From an uncultured Gemmatimonadales bacterium (GTDB taxonomy: Bacteria; Gemmatimonadota; Gemmatimonadetes; Longimicrobiales; RSA9), in contig CAWFKH010000003.1 of NCBI GenBank assembly GCA_963816355.1, positions 448,001-512,000 of the forward strand: DNA of 64,000 bases, read 5' to 3'. The notes under the pieces were generated by a model, which saw only the letters and a list, made by a program, of their open reading frames with translations, was not told the origin of the DNA and made no database searches. How positions within the stretch are numbered: position 1 is the first letter of the stretch; each line of letters begins with the position of its first letter. Both the position numbers and the translations under genes were made by a program. Positions 1-13,067 of the stretch are shown here, in pieces.

Positions 1-458
1 GGGCGCCGGTGGGCGAGATCCACGTGGCGCGGCGGATGCAGGCAGAGGGCGCGGTCGTGGGGGGGGAAGGGAACGGCGGCGTGATCCTGCCGGAGCTGCA
101 CTTCACGCGGGACTCGGCGGTCGCGGCGGCGCTGGTGCTGCAGCTCCTGCTCGAGACGGGGCGCACGCTCGCCGACCACGTCACGCGGCAGCGCCGCTAC
201 GCGATCGTGAAGGAGAAGCTGCCGCGCGACGACCGGCCGCTGGAGCGGGCGTACCGCACGCTCGAGGCGAGACTCGCCGCGCCGGAGGTAAGCCGCGAGG
301 ACGGCCTCTGGCTGTCCTGGCCGGAGAACCGCAAGTGGCTGCACCTGCGGCCGTCGGGGACGGAGCCGATCCTGCGCGTCATCGCGGAGGCGGCGTCGGC
401 GGAGGCCGCGCGCGAGCTGATCGAGCTGGCGCGCCACGCGCTCGCGCACCCCGAATGA
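1..458 (+). CDS. glmM: Phosphoglucosamine mutase / phosphohexomutase, C-terminal part (5' truncated by window)
   Basis: GGEGNGG sugar-binding loop and LRPSGTEP(I)LRV phosphate-binding loop; directly upstream of glmS. Confidence 0.8.
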   Translation, partial: APVGEIHVARRMQAEGAVVGGEGNGGVILPELHFTRDSAVAAALVLQLLLETGRTLADHVTRQRRYAIVKEKLPRDDRPLERAYRTLEARLAAPEVSREDGLWLSWPENRKWLHLRPSGTEPILRVIAEAASAEAARELIELARHALAHPE

Positions 459-601
459 CGCCGCTGCGGCGGCCGCGGGCCGTGGCGCCGCGGGGGCGCC
501 GGCCGTGCTGGACACGGGCGGCGCTCGATCCGCGAGAGCGAGGGCCCGAATCGCGGACGGCGGGGTAGAACGCGCGACGAATTTCCACGGGAGCTCGGCC
601 A

Positions 602-2434
602 ATGTGCGGCATTGTCGGCTACATCGGATCGAAATCCGTGACGCCCCTGCTCATGGAGGGGCTGAAGCGGATGGAGTACCGCGGCTACGATTCGGCGGGG
701 CTGGCGGTGCTGGAGGACGGCCACATCGAGACGCGCAAGACGGTGGGCAACATCGGCGCGCTCGAGGCGACGCTCGGCAACGGCCGGACGCCGAGCGGCA
801 CGTGCGGCATCGCGCACACGCGGTGGGCGACGCACGGCGCGCCGAGCCGCGACAACGCACACCCCCACACCGATTGCAGTGGCGACATCGTCGTGGTCCA
901 CAACGGCATCGTGGAGAACGCGCCGACGCTGCGCCGGAAGCTGGAGAGCCTGGGCCACACCTTCCATTCCGAGACGGACACGGAAGTGATCGCCCACATG
1001 ATCGAGGAGGCGTACGACGGCTCCCTCGAGAAGGCGGTGCGCGCGGCGCTGCGCCAGATCGACGGCACGTACGGCCTGGCGATCATGAGCGCGCGCGAGC
1101 CCCGCAAGATCGTTGCGGCGCGGCTCGGCAGCCCGCTGTTGCTGGGGCTGGGCGAGCGCGGCGAGTACTTCGTGGCGAGCGACGTGGCGGCGGTGCTGTC
1201 GCAGACGCGACAGGTGATCTACATGGACGACGGCGAGATCGCGGTGCTCACGCCGGACGGCTACGAGATCTCGTCGCTGAAGGGCGGCACCGTGGAGAAG
1301 GAGGTGGCCGAGATCGCCTGGGACCTCGATGCGATCGAGAAGGCGGGCTTCGACCACTTCATGCTCAAGGAGATCATGGAGCAGCCGGAGACGCTGCGGA
1401 ACACGATGCGCGGGCGTCTGATGCCGGCGGAAGGCAACGTGAAGCTGGGCGGCGTGACGCTCGATCGGGACGAGCTGCTGTCGATCGACCGGATCATCAT
1501 CACCGCGTGCGGCACCTCCTGGCACTCCGCGCTGATCGGCGAATACATGCTCGAGGAAGTCGCGCGCGTGCCGGTCGAGGTCGAGTACGCCTCGGAGTTC
1601 CGCTACCGCAACCCGGTGGTCGACGAAGGCACGCTGGTGATCGCGATCAGCCAGTCGGGCGAGACCGCGGACACGCTGGCGGCGATGCGCGAGGCGCGCC
1701 AGCGGGGGGCGCGGGTGATGGGTCTGGTCAACGTGGTCGGCTCGACGATTGCCCGCGACTCGGATTTCGGGATCTATCTGCACGCGGGCCCGGAGATCGG
1801 CGTCGCCTCGACGAAGGCGTTCACCAGCCAGGTCGTTGCGCTGGCGCTCTTCACCGTGATGCTCGGCCGCGTGCGGAACCTGTCGATGCTCGACGGCCGC
1901 CGCATCATCGAGGGACTGGCGGCGCTGCCGGAGAAGGTCGAGCAGGTGCTGGAGCTGAACCCGGCGATCCGTGAGCTGGCGCGCATCTACAAGAGCGCGC
2001 CGAACTTCCTCTACATGGGGCGCGGCTACAACTTCCCCGCCGCGCTCGAGGGCGCGCTCAAGCTGAAGGAGATCAGCTACATCCACGCCGAGGGGTACCC
2101 GGCGGCGGAGATGAAGCACGGCCCGATCGCGCTGATCGACGAGAACATGCCGGTGGTCGTCCTCGCGCCGAAGGACGCGGTCTACAACAAGATCGTCTCC
2201 AACGTGGAGGAGGTGAAGGCGCGCGGCGGCAAGGTGATCGCCGTGGTGACGGAGGGGACGATGGAGCTGGCGGAGACGGCGGACCACCTGATCACGATTC
2301 CCCCAACGCTGGACATGCTCGCGCCGATCCTCGTGAGCGTGCCGCTGCAGCTCCTCGCCTATCACATCGCGGTCATGCGCGGCTGCAACGTGGACCAGCC
2401 GCGCAACCTGGCGAAGTCGGTCACCGTCGAATAG
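602..2434 (+). CDS. glmS: Glutamine-fructose-6-phosphate transaminase (isomerizing)
   Basis: N-terminal MCGIVG, HTRWATHG, SQSGETAD, C-terminal PRNLAKSVTVE; 610 aa. Confidence 0.98.
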   Translation: MCGIVGYIGSKSVTPLLMEGLKRMEYRGYDSAGLAVLEDGHIETRKTVGNIGALEATLGNGRTPSGTCGIAHTRWATHGAPSRDNAHPHTDCSGDIVVVHNGIVENAPTLRRKLESLGHTFHSETDTEVIAHMIEEAYDGSLEKAVRAALRQIDGTYGLAIMSAREPRKIVAARLGSPLLLGLGERGEYFVASDVAAVLSQTRQVIYMDDGEIAVLTPDGYEISSLKGGTVEKEVAEIAWDLDAIEKAGFDHFMLKEIMEQPETLRNTMRGRLMPAEGNVKLGGVTLDRDELLSIDRIIITACGTSWHSALIGEYMLEEVARVPVEVEYASEFRYRNPVVDEGTLVIAISQSGETADTLAAMREARQRGARVMGLVNVVGSTIARDSDFGIYLHAGPEIGVASTKAFTSQVVALALFTVMLGRVRNLSMLDGRRIIEGLAALPEKVEQVLELNPAIRELARIYKSAPNFLYMGRGYNFPAALEGALKLKEISYIHAEGYPAAEMKHGPIALIDENMPVVVLAPKDAVYNKIVSNVEEVKARGGKVIAVVTEGTMELAETADHLITIPPTLDMLAPILVSVPLQLLAYHIAVMRGCNVDQPRNLAKSVTVE

Positions 2435-2445
2435 GAGCGCCCCGG

Positions 2446-2886
2446 ATGCGCGTCCTGCTGCAGCGCGTCTCGCGGGCGGAAGTCCGTATCGGCGGCACCC
2501 TCACGGGCCGCATCGCCGGCGGGCTGCTGCTTTTCGTGGGCTTCCAGCGCGACGAGGATCCCGCCGCCGTCGAGTGGATGGCAGAGAAGGTGCTCGGCCT
2601 GCGCATCTTCGCCGACGACGCCGAGCGGATGAACCGCTCGCTCCTCGACACCGGCGGCGACGTGCTCGTCGTGAGCCAGTTCACGCTGTACGGCGACGCG
2701 CGCAAGGGGCGCCGCCCCAGCTTCGTCCACGCCGCGGAGGCGCCGGAGGCGGTCCCGCTCTACGAGCGCTTCGTCGCCGCGCTGCGCGAGCGCGCCCCGG
2801 CCGCGGTCGAGACGGGCGAGTTCGGCACGATGATGGAGGTGGAGCTAGTGAACGACGGCCCCGTCACGCTGATGCTGGAGCGATGA
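2446..2886 (+). CDS. dtd: D-aminoacyl-tRNA deacylase
   Basis: MRVLLQRV start, SQFTL motif, NDGPVT C-terminus. Confidence 0.96.
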   Translation: MRVLLQRVSRAEVRIGGTLTGRIAGGLLLFVGFQRDEDPAAVEWMAEKVLGLRIFADDAERMNRSLLDTGGDVLVVSQFTLYGDARKGRRPSFVHAAEAPEAVPLYERFVAALRERAPAAVETGEFGTMMEVELVNDGPVTLMLER

Positions 2887-3512
2887 ACGAGGCCGCCGCC
2901 GGCGCCGCGGCCGGTGTCCCGCCCCTCGTCCTCGCGTCCGCGTCGCCGCGCCGCGCCGAGCTCCTGCGCATGCTCGGCCTCCGTTTCGACATCGTCCCCG
3001 CCGCCATCGAGGAGACGATGCACCGCAACGAGGCCGCGCCCGCGGCGGTCGAGCGGCTCGCGCTCGAGAAGGCGGCCGACGTCGCCGCGCGCCGCCCGGA
3101 CGCGCTCGTCGTGGGCAGCGACACCGTCGTCGTGCTGGACGAGGCGGTGCTCGGCAAGCCGACGTCGCCGGAGGACGCCGCCCGCATGCTCCTCCAGCTC
3201 CAGGGTCGCGAGCACCGCGTCGCGACCGGCGTCGCGGTGGTCGCGCCGGACGGCCGGAAGGTGTCCTCGGCGGAGATCGTGCGCGTCCGCTTCCGCTCCT
3301 TCGACGAGATGACGGCGCTGCAGTACGTGGCGACGGGCGAGCCGCTCGACAAGGCGGGCGCGTACGGCATCCAGGGGTACGGCGCGACGCTGGTCGACTC
3401 GATCCGGGGCGACTATTTCGCCGTCATGGGGCTGCCGGTCGCGCGGCTCGTCTCGCTGTTCCACGCGCTCGGCTGGCGCTACACCTTCGACGCCCTGGAG
3501 CCGATGCCGTGA
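2883..3512 (+). CDS. maf: Maf/YhdE family nucleotide pyrophosphatase
   Basis: LASASPRRAELL, SDTVV, GEPLDKAGAYGIQG; ATG overlaps dtd stop (ATGA). Confidence 0.93.
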   Translation: MNEAAAGAAAGVPPLVLASASPRRAELLRMLGLRFDIVPAAIEETMHRNEAAPAAVERLALEKAADVAARRPDALVVGSDTVVVLDEAVLGKPTSPEDAARMLLQLQGREHRVATGVAVVAPDGRKVSSAEIVRVRFRSFDEMTALQYVATGEPLDKAGAYGIQGYGATLVDSIRGDYFAVMGLPVARLVSLFHALGWRYTFDALEPMP

Positions 3513-4621
3513 GCGTGCCGAACGCGGTCGGATGGGGGCCGGACCGCCGCACCGTCGAGCTGCTCGACCAGACCCGGCTGCCCGAGACCGAGGCGCGGCT
3601 GCTGCTGCGCGACGCCGCCGAGGTGGCCGAGGCGATCCGCTCGCTGCGCGTGCGCGGCGCGCCGGCGATCGGCATCGCCGCCGCGCTGGGCGTGGCCGCG
3701 GAGGTTGCACGCGCCGTGGCGTACGGGCACGACGACGCGGCGGCGCTCGACGCGCGCGTCGAGCGCGCGATCGCGGCTCTGGCGGCGACGCGGCCGACCG
3801 CGGTCAACCTGCGCTGGGCGCTGGATCGCGTGCGGCGGCGCTACGCGGCGGAGCGCGCCGCGGGAGCCGACCCGGCGCGCGTGGCCTCCGCGGTGCGCGA
3901 GGAGGCGGATGCGATCCTGGAGGAGGACCGCGCGATGTGCCGCGCCATCGGCGCGTACGCGCTGCAGCTGCTTCCGGCGGAGCGGCCCCGCCTGCTGACG
4001 CACTGCAACGCCGGCGCGCTGGCGACCGGGGGCATCGGCACGGCGCTCGCCGCGGTCCACCTGCTCCAGGAGCGGGGCGGCCGTCCGGTCGTCTTCGTCG
4101 ACGAGACGCGGCCGGTGCTGCAGGGCAGCCGCCTCACCGCCTGGGAGCTCGCGCGGGCCGGCGTCGACGTCACGGTGATCGTGGACGCCGCCGCCGCCTC
4201 GCTGATGCGCGCCGGTGCCGTCGACGCGGTCATCGTCGGCGCGGACCGGATCGCCGCGAACGGCGACGTCGCCAACAAGATCGGCACCTACGGCCTCGCC
4301 GTGCTCGCGCGCCACCACGGCATCCCGCTCTACGTGGCGGCGCCGACGAGCACGCTGGATCCGGCGACGGCGAGCGGCGAGGAGATCGAGATCGAGGAGC
4401 GCGACGGCGACGAAGTGCGGCGCGGCTTCGGCCGCCTGACCGCACCCGCGGATGTGCGCGTGTACGCCCCGGCCTTCGACGTGACGCCGGCGGCGCTGGT
4501 CACGGCGATCGTGACGGATCGGGGCGTCGCGCGGCCGCCGTTCACGGAATCCCTGGCGCGGCTCCAGCGCGAGGAGCGGCCAACGGACGTGCAGCCGACG
4601 ACGACGCGAGCGGAGGCGTAA
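3509..4621 (+). CDS. mtnA: S-methyl-5-thioribose-1-phosphate isomerase
   Basis: VRGAPAIG, RPTAVNL, THCNAG, ETRP..QG.RLT, GADRIAANGD.ANKIGTY. Confidence 0.95.
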   Translation: MSVPNAVGWGPDRRTVELLDQTRLPETEARLLLRDAAEVAEAIRSLRVRGAPAIGIAAALGVAAEVARAVAYGHDDAAALDARVERAIAALAATRPTAVNLRWALDRVRRRYAAERAAGADPARVASAVREEADAILEEDRAMCRAIGAYALQLLPAERPRLLTHCNAGALATGGIGTALAAVHLLQERGGRPVVFVDETRPVLQGSRLTAWELARAGVDVTVIVDAAAASLMRAGAVDAVIVGADRIAANGDVANKIGTYGLAVLARHHGIPLYVAAPTSTLDPATASGEEIEIEERDGDEVRRGFGRLTAPADVRVYAPAFDVTPAALVTAIVTDRGVARPPFTESLARLQREERPTDVQPTTTRAEA

Positions 4622-4625
4622 GACG

Positions 4626-6152
4626 ATGGACGCGGTTCTCGCGATCGACCAGGGGACGACCGGCACGACGTGCCTCGTGCTCGACGCCGCGGGCCGCATC
4701 CTCGGCCGCGCCTACTCCGAATTCACGCAGCACTACCCGCGGCCGGGCTGGGTGGAGCACGACGCGACGGAGATCTGGGAAGTGACGCGGCGCGTCGCGG
4801 CGGAGGCGCTCGCCGCAGGCGACGTCGACGTCGCCGGCCGCTCCGGCGCGCGGCGGCCCCGTCTGGCGGCGATCGGCATCACGAATCAGCGCGAGACGGT
4901 CGTGTTGTGGGATCGGCGCACGGGTCAGCCGGTCCATCGCGCGATCGTGTGGCAGGATCGCCGCACGGCGCCGCGATGCCGCGGGCTCGTCGAGGAGGGC
5001 GCCGAAGCGCTCATCCGCGCCCGCACCGGGCTCGTGGTCGACCCGTACTTCTCCGCGACGAAGCTCGAGTGGCTGCTCGCGCGCGTGCCGGGAGCGCGCG
5101 AGCGGGCCGAGGCGGGGGAGCTCGCTGCGGGCACCGTGGACGCGTGGCTGGTGTGGAAGCTCTCCGGCGGCAGGGTGCACGCGACCGACCCCACCAACGC
5201 CTCGCGCACGCTCCTCTACGACATCGATGCGCGCGGCTGGAGCGACGAGCTGCTCTCGCTCTTCGGTGTGCCGCGGGCGCTGCTGCCGGACGTGCGGCCC
5301 TCCGCGTCGATCATCGCCGAGACGGACCCGGAGCTGTTCGGCGGCGCTGTCCCCGTCGCCGGGATCGCCGGCGACCAGCAGGCGGCGCTCTTCGGCCAGG
5401 GCTGCTGGGACGCCGGCCTCGCCAAGAACACCTACGGCACCGGCTCGTTCCTGCTGCTGAACACCGGCGCCGAGCGCGTCGCATCCGGCCGCGGCCTCCT
5501 GACGACGATCGCGTGCGACCGCGCGGGCGGCGCGTGCTACGCGCTCGAGGGCGCCGTCTTCATCGCGGGCGCGGCGGTCCAGTGGCTGCGCGACGGCCTG
5601 GGCATCATCGAGACCGCGGCGGAGACGGAGACGCTGGCGGGGACGCTCGCCTCCAACGACGGCGTCTACTTCGTGCCCGCCTTCGTCGGACTCGGGGCTC
5701 CCCACTGGGATCCGGAGGCGCGCGGCACGCTGGTCGGCGTCACGCGCGGCACCACGCGCGCCCACCTCGCCCGCGCCGCGCTGGAGGCGATGGCGTACAG
5801 CACGGCCGAAGTGCTCGACGCGATGGTCGCCGACTCGGGGATCCCCGCGCGCGAGCTGGGCGTCGACGGCGGCGCTGCGGCGAACGACTGGCTCATGCAC
5901 TTCCAGGCGGACATCCTGGGCATCCCGGTACGCCGCCCGCAGATGCTCGAGACGACCGCGCTCGGCGCCGCGGGCCTGGCCGGCCTCGCGACCGGCGTCT
6001 GGCCCGACGCCGACGCGTTCCACGGCGCGCGGCCGGAGCCGGACCGCTTCGACCCCGCGATGACGGCGCAGGATCGCCAGGCCCACCGGGCCGGCTGGGA
6101 GCGCGCGATCCGCGCGGCGCGTTCGTGGGCCGCGGAGCGCCCTCTGGAATGA
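4626..6152 (+). CDS. glpK: Glycerol kinase
   Basis: AIDQGTT, GITNQRET, WQDRR, GDQQAALFG, KNTYGTG. Confidence 0.96.
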   Translation: MDAVLAIDQGTTGTTCLVLDAAGRILGRAYSEFTQHYPRPGWVEHDATEIWEVTRRVAAEALAAGDVDVAGRSGARRPRLAAIGITNQRETVVLWDRRTGQPVHRAIVWQDRRTAPRCRGLVEEGAEALIRARTGLVVDPYFSATKLEWLLARVPGARERAEAGELAAGTVDAWLVWKLSGGRVHATDPTNASRTLLYDIDARGWSDELLSLFGVPRALLPDVRPSASIIAETDPELFGGAVPVAGIAGDQQAALFGQGCWDAGLAKNTYGTGSFLLLNTGAERVASGRGLLTTIACDRAGGACYALEGAVFIAGAAVQWLRDGLGIIETAAETETLAGTLASNDGVYFVPAFVGLGAPHWDPEARGTLVGVTRGTTRAHLARAALEAMAYSTAEVLDAMVADSGIPARELGVDGGAAANDWLMHFQADILGIPVRRPQMLETTALGAAGLAGLATGVWPDADAFHGARPEPDRFDPAMTAQDRQAHRAGWERAIRAARSWAAERPLE

Positions 6153-6637
6153 GCGACGACGTGGCCGGCCGGCCCTTGCGCATCGCCGTCTGCGGCGGCG
6201 GCGCGGCGAGCGACGACGCTCTGGACGCGGCCCGCGAGGCGGGGCGCGAGCTGGCGCGCGCCGGCGCCGTCGTCCTCTGTGGCGGGCTGGGTGGCGTGAT
6301 GGAGGCGGTCGCGGAAGGCGCGCGCGCGCAGGGCGGGCTCACCGTCGGGCTGCTGCCGGGGACCAGCGCCGCCGCGGCGAACCCGCACATCGCGCTGCCG
6401 CTGCCCACCGGCCTCGGCGAGGCGCGCAACGCGGTGCTCGTGCGCGCCGCGGACGCCGTTCTCGCGATCGGCGGCGAGTGGGGGACGCTCTCCGAGGTCG
6501 CTCTCGCCATGAGGATGGGGGTCCCGGTCGTCCTGCTTCAGCCCGGCCTCACCGCCGACCTCGGGCTCGAGCAGGTCGGCACGCCCGGCGAGGCCGCCGC
6601 GAAGGTGCTCGACCTCGCCCGACGCGGGCGCCCGTGA
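6149..6637 (+). CDS. TIGR00725-like / LOG (Rossmann fold) family protein
   Basis: CGGLGGVMEA, TGLGEARN, GGEWGTLSE motifs; ATGA overlap with glpK. Confidence 0.85.
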   Translation: MSDDVAGRPLRIAVCGGGAASDDALDAAREAGRELARAGAVVLCGGLGGVMEAVAEGARAQGGLTVGLLPGTSAAAANPHIALPLPTGLGEARNAVLVRAADAVLAIGGEWGTLSEVALAMRMGVPVVLLQPGLTADLGLEQVGTPGEAAAKVLDLARRGRP

Positions 6638-7056
6638 GCGCCCCCGCCGTCGCGGCGGCGGCTCCCTTCGTCGCCGGTCTCGTGCTCGCGCTCGGCGGCG
6701 CGATCCCGCGATCCGGCGCCGCCGCCGCGCCGCGCGCCGCGGCACCGGCGCCGCGCTTCGCGATGCCGGCCGCCTCCCCGCAGGTGAGAGCGCGCGAAGA
6801 CGACCGCTGGCTCGGCGTCGACAAGCTGAAGCACTTCTCCGCCTCCTTTGCGCTCACAGTCCTAGCGTACGCGGGGTCGCGGGCGGCGCTGCGGCACGAC
6901 GCGGCGCTCGCGGTCTCGATCTCCATCGCCGGCGCGACGGGCGCGGGCAAGGAGGTACTGGACGCCCGGCGGGGCCGCGGCTTCGGCGTCCGCGACCTGG
7001 CGTGGGACGCGCTCGGGATCGCGGCCGGAGCGACGCTCCTCGCCTCCACGCGGTGA
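6634..7056 (+). CDS. YfiM/DUF2279-like membrane or exported protein
   Basis: DRWLGVDKLKHF, GAGKEVLD, DLAWDALG pattern; GTGA overlap with the upstream stop. Confidence 0.7.
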   Translation: MSAPAVAAAAPFVAGLVLALGGAIPRSGAAAAPRAAAPAPRFAMPAASPQVRAREDDRWLGVDKLKHFSASFALTVLAYAGSRAALRHDAALAVSISIAGATGAGKEVLDARRGRGFGVRDLAWDALGIAAGATLLASTR

Positions 7057-7119
7057 GGCGGGCGGCCGCGGTCTCCGGGACCGGTTTCGGCCCCCTCCGG
7101 ATTTGACTAACTTGCACGC

Positions 7120-7392
7120 ATGCAGATCCTGATCATCGTCCTCGTCGCGGCGATCGCGCTCGCGGCGGTGCTGTACCCGCTCCTCAGGCCGAGCGCGCGC
7201 GACGTCGCGGTGGCGCCCGCGGGGCTCGACGCCGCGACGCTCGACGCGGAGCTCGAGCGCTATCGCGCGGCGCTCCGCTCCGGCACGCTCTGTCTGAGCT
7301 GCGGCGCGCCGAACCCGAAGGGGAGCCGTTTCTGCGCGCAGTGCGGGGATCGGCTGATCGCGGCGTCGGCCGTCCCGCTGGACGCGGAGTAG
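7120..7392 (+). CDS. Membrane-anchored zinc-ribbon protein
   Basis: N-terminal hydrophobic helix, then CLSCG...FCAQCG double CxxC. Confidence 0.8.
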   Translation: MQILIIVLVAAIALAAVLYPLLRPSARDVAVAPAGLDAATLDAELERYRAALRSGTLCLSCGAPNPKGSRFCAQCGDRLIAASAVPLDAE

Positions 7393-7574
7393 CGGCGGGC
7401 CGGCGCCTGCTCGCCGCCCGTGTCCCGGCACGCCATGGCGGCGGCGCGACCGGACCTGTCATCACACTTTCCGACGGTTTACGTTAACACGGTCGCCCGA
7501 TTGCAACGGGCGCGCTCCGATCCGCCCGTTCGCGAGCGGGGACTCCTCACATACAGCACGGGACAGGCGCGGAA

Positions 7575-8627
<1,053 letters not shown>

Positions 8628-8678
8628 GCCCCGGCGCGGAGCCGTGCGCCGCGTTCGCACCTCCCCCACGTGAGGAAA

Positions 8679-8703
8679 GGAGCGGCGGGCCGCGCGCCGC
8701 TCC
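8679..8703 (+). terminator. GC-rich hairpin downstream of recA (possible terminator)
   Basis: GGAGCGGCG / CGCCGCTCC 9-bp inverted repeat; no U-tract. Confidence 0.35.
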
Positions 8704-9004
8704 GCCGCTCCCCATCGTCAGTAGCTCGACAGCCCGCCGACCACCGGCAGAACCTCTCCCGTCATGAAGCTGGAGTCCGGCCGCTCCGCTTCTTCCCCGT
8801 AAGACCGATCCCGCTTCGCGTCCCGCTCATTCCCACTGCTTTGCCGCCTGGGGATAGCGCGCGGAGCCCCCGCGCGGGACGCCGTCGAGAGGGGCAACGG
8901 GCGTGCCGCGTCCCTTCGCGTCCAGCCGGGGGTGCGCCTATATTCCAGCGTCCGGCGCCGGCGCTCATCCGTCGCCGCCGATCGCACACACGCACAGAGA
9001 GCCC

Positions 9005-11679
<2,675 letters not shown>

Positions 11680-11683
<4 letters not shown>

Positions 11684-12072
11684 GCGCGGCGGCCGCCCTC
11701 GCGTGGCTGGAGGAGCGCTGCGACGACGCTCCCGCCGACCTGCGCGAGGGCATGCGCAGGGCCGTCGAGGCGGCCGAGGGCGAGGGCGAGGGCCCCGGCG
11801 CCGCGAACGGCGCTCAGGCCGGCGCGGCGGCGCTGCTGGCGGACGCGGCGTTCCTCGAGCTCGCGGCGTCGCTGCGCCTCTCCGGCCGCGCGGCCGCGGC
11901 GCCGCTGCTCTCGGCGGACGCGCTGCTGACGCACGCGTACGAGGCGGCGGCGGGGGCGGATGCGCTGGACGCGCTCGCGGCGTCGCACGGCGCCGCGGCG
12001 CTCGCCACGCTTCTCGCCGCCGCGGCGCGCCCGGCGGCGGACGCGGCGGGCGGGAGCGGGCAGCGCGCGTGA
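11680..12072 (+). CDS. Hypothetical Ala-rich helical protein
   Basis: Fills the alaS-gmhA gap with 4-bp overlaps at both ends; LLSADALLTHAYEAAA segment. Confidence 0.65.
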
Positions 12073-12668
12073 TCAGCCCCGAGCTCGACCGGATCCGGGA
12101 CCACCTGGAGGGGCTCGCGCGGGTCGCCGCGAGCGTGGCCGACACGATGGCCGGCGAGATCGTCGAAGCGGCCGACATGGCCATCGATGCGATCGAGGCG
12201 GGCGGCAAGCTGCTCTTCTGCGGCAACGGCGGGTCGGCGGCGGACGCGCAGCATCTCGCGACGGAGTACGTCGTCCGCTTCCGGGTGGACCGGGAGGCGT
12301 TGCCGGCGATCGCGCTCACCACCGACACGTCGCTGCTGACCGCGGCTTCCAACGACTACGGCTTCGAGCGGGTGTTCGCGCGGCAGGTGGAGGCGCTCGC
12401 CCGTCCGGGCGACGTCCTCTTCCTCCATTCGACGTCGGGCCGCTCGCCCAACCTCCTGGCCGCCGCGCGGAGCGCACGCGAACGCGGTGTGCGCACCATC
12501 GCGCTGCTGGCGGGCGGGGGCGGCGACCTGCGCGCAGCGGTCGACCTCTCGCTGGTGGTGCCGACCGCAGTCGGCGCGCACGCGCAGGAGCTTCATCTCG
12601 CGATCGGCCATGCGATCTGCGACCTCGTCGAGCACCGGCTCGTGCTCGACAGGGAATCCGGCCCGTGA
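12069..12668 (+). CDS. gmhA: Phosphoheptose isomerase (SIS domain)
   Basis: CGNGGSAADAQH, SNDYG, STSGRSPN, QELH. Confidence 0.92.
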   Translation: MISPELDRIRDHLEGLARVAASVADTMAGEIVEAADMAIDAIEAGGKLLFCGNGGSAADAQHLATEYVVRFRVDREALPAIALTTDTSLLTAASNDYGFERVFARQVEALARPGDVLFLHSTSGRSPNLLAAARSARERGVRTIALLAGGGGDLRAAVDLSLVVPTAVGAHAQELHLAIGHAICDLVEHRLVLDRESGP

Positions 12669-13066
12669 ACCGAGCCGCGCTGGATGCCCTCGGCCGCGCC
12701 CGCGCCGCCGAGCGGGAGCAGGCGGCGTTCTACCGGGCGCTCGCGGCCGAGGCGGGCGAGGACGAAGCGCTCGCGGAGCGACTGAACGGCCTTCACGCCG
12801 ACGAGCAGCACCATCTTTCGCGGCTCACGGCGCGCCTCGTCGAGCTGGGCGAGGAGCCGGCGGCGCTCGAGGGGCCGCCGCGTCGTGCCGCGATCCTGCG
12901 GGGCTGGGAAGACGACGCGCGCCGCCTCGAGGAGGCGGAGCAACGGCGCTACGAGCGGCTTCTCGCGGCGGAGCTGGACGCGGAGACGCGGTCGCTGATC
13001 GAGGAGATCCTGCGCGTCGAGCGGCTGCACGAGGAGAAGCTGGGCGGCAAGTGGATGGGAGCGTGA
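12665..13066 (+). CDS. Ferritin/rubrerythrin-like four-helix protein
   Basis: E...FY, ADEQHH, E...RY, VERLH di-metal carboxylate pattern; GTGA overlap. Confidence 0.75.
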   Translation: MNRAALDALGRARAAEREQAAFYRALAAEAGEDEALAERLNGLHADEQHHLSRLTARLVELGEEPAALEGPPRRAAILRGWEDDARRLEEAEQRRYERLLAAELDAETRSLIEEILRVERLHEEKLGGKWMGA

Positions 13067-13067
13067 C

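Noticed and set aside
459..601. Possible glmS ribozyme upstream of glmS
   Set aside because: The AGCGCC...GACGAGG core is not present; only generic GC-rich pairing
197..2365. Long antisense or alternate-frame ORFs (also 9989-12352, 25505-28435, 27198-29990, 37775-41728, 46223-49066)
   Set aside because: Shadow ORFs of well-supported genes; stop codons are scarce in high-GC DNA and the translations are low-complexity Arg/Ala/Pro-rich or antisense mirrors
8628..9004. T-box leader before alaS
   Set aside because: No GGTGG-ACC-GCG T-box sequence or terminator/antiterminator pair seen
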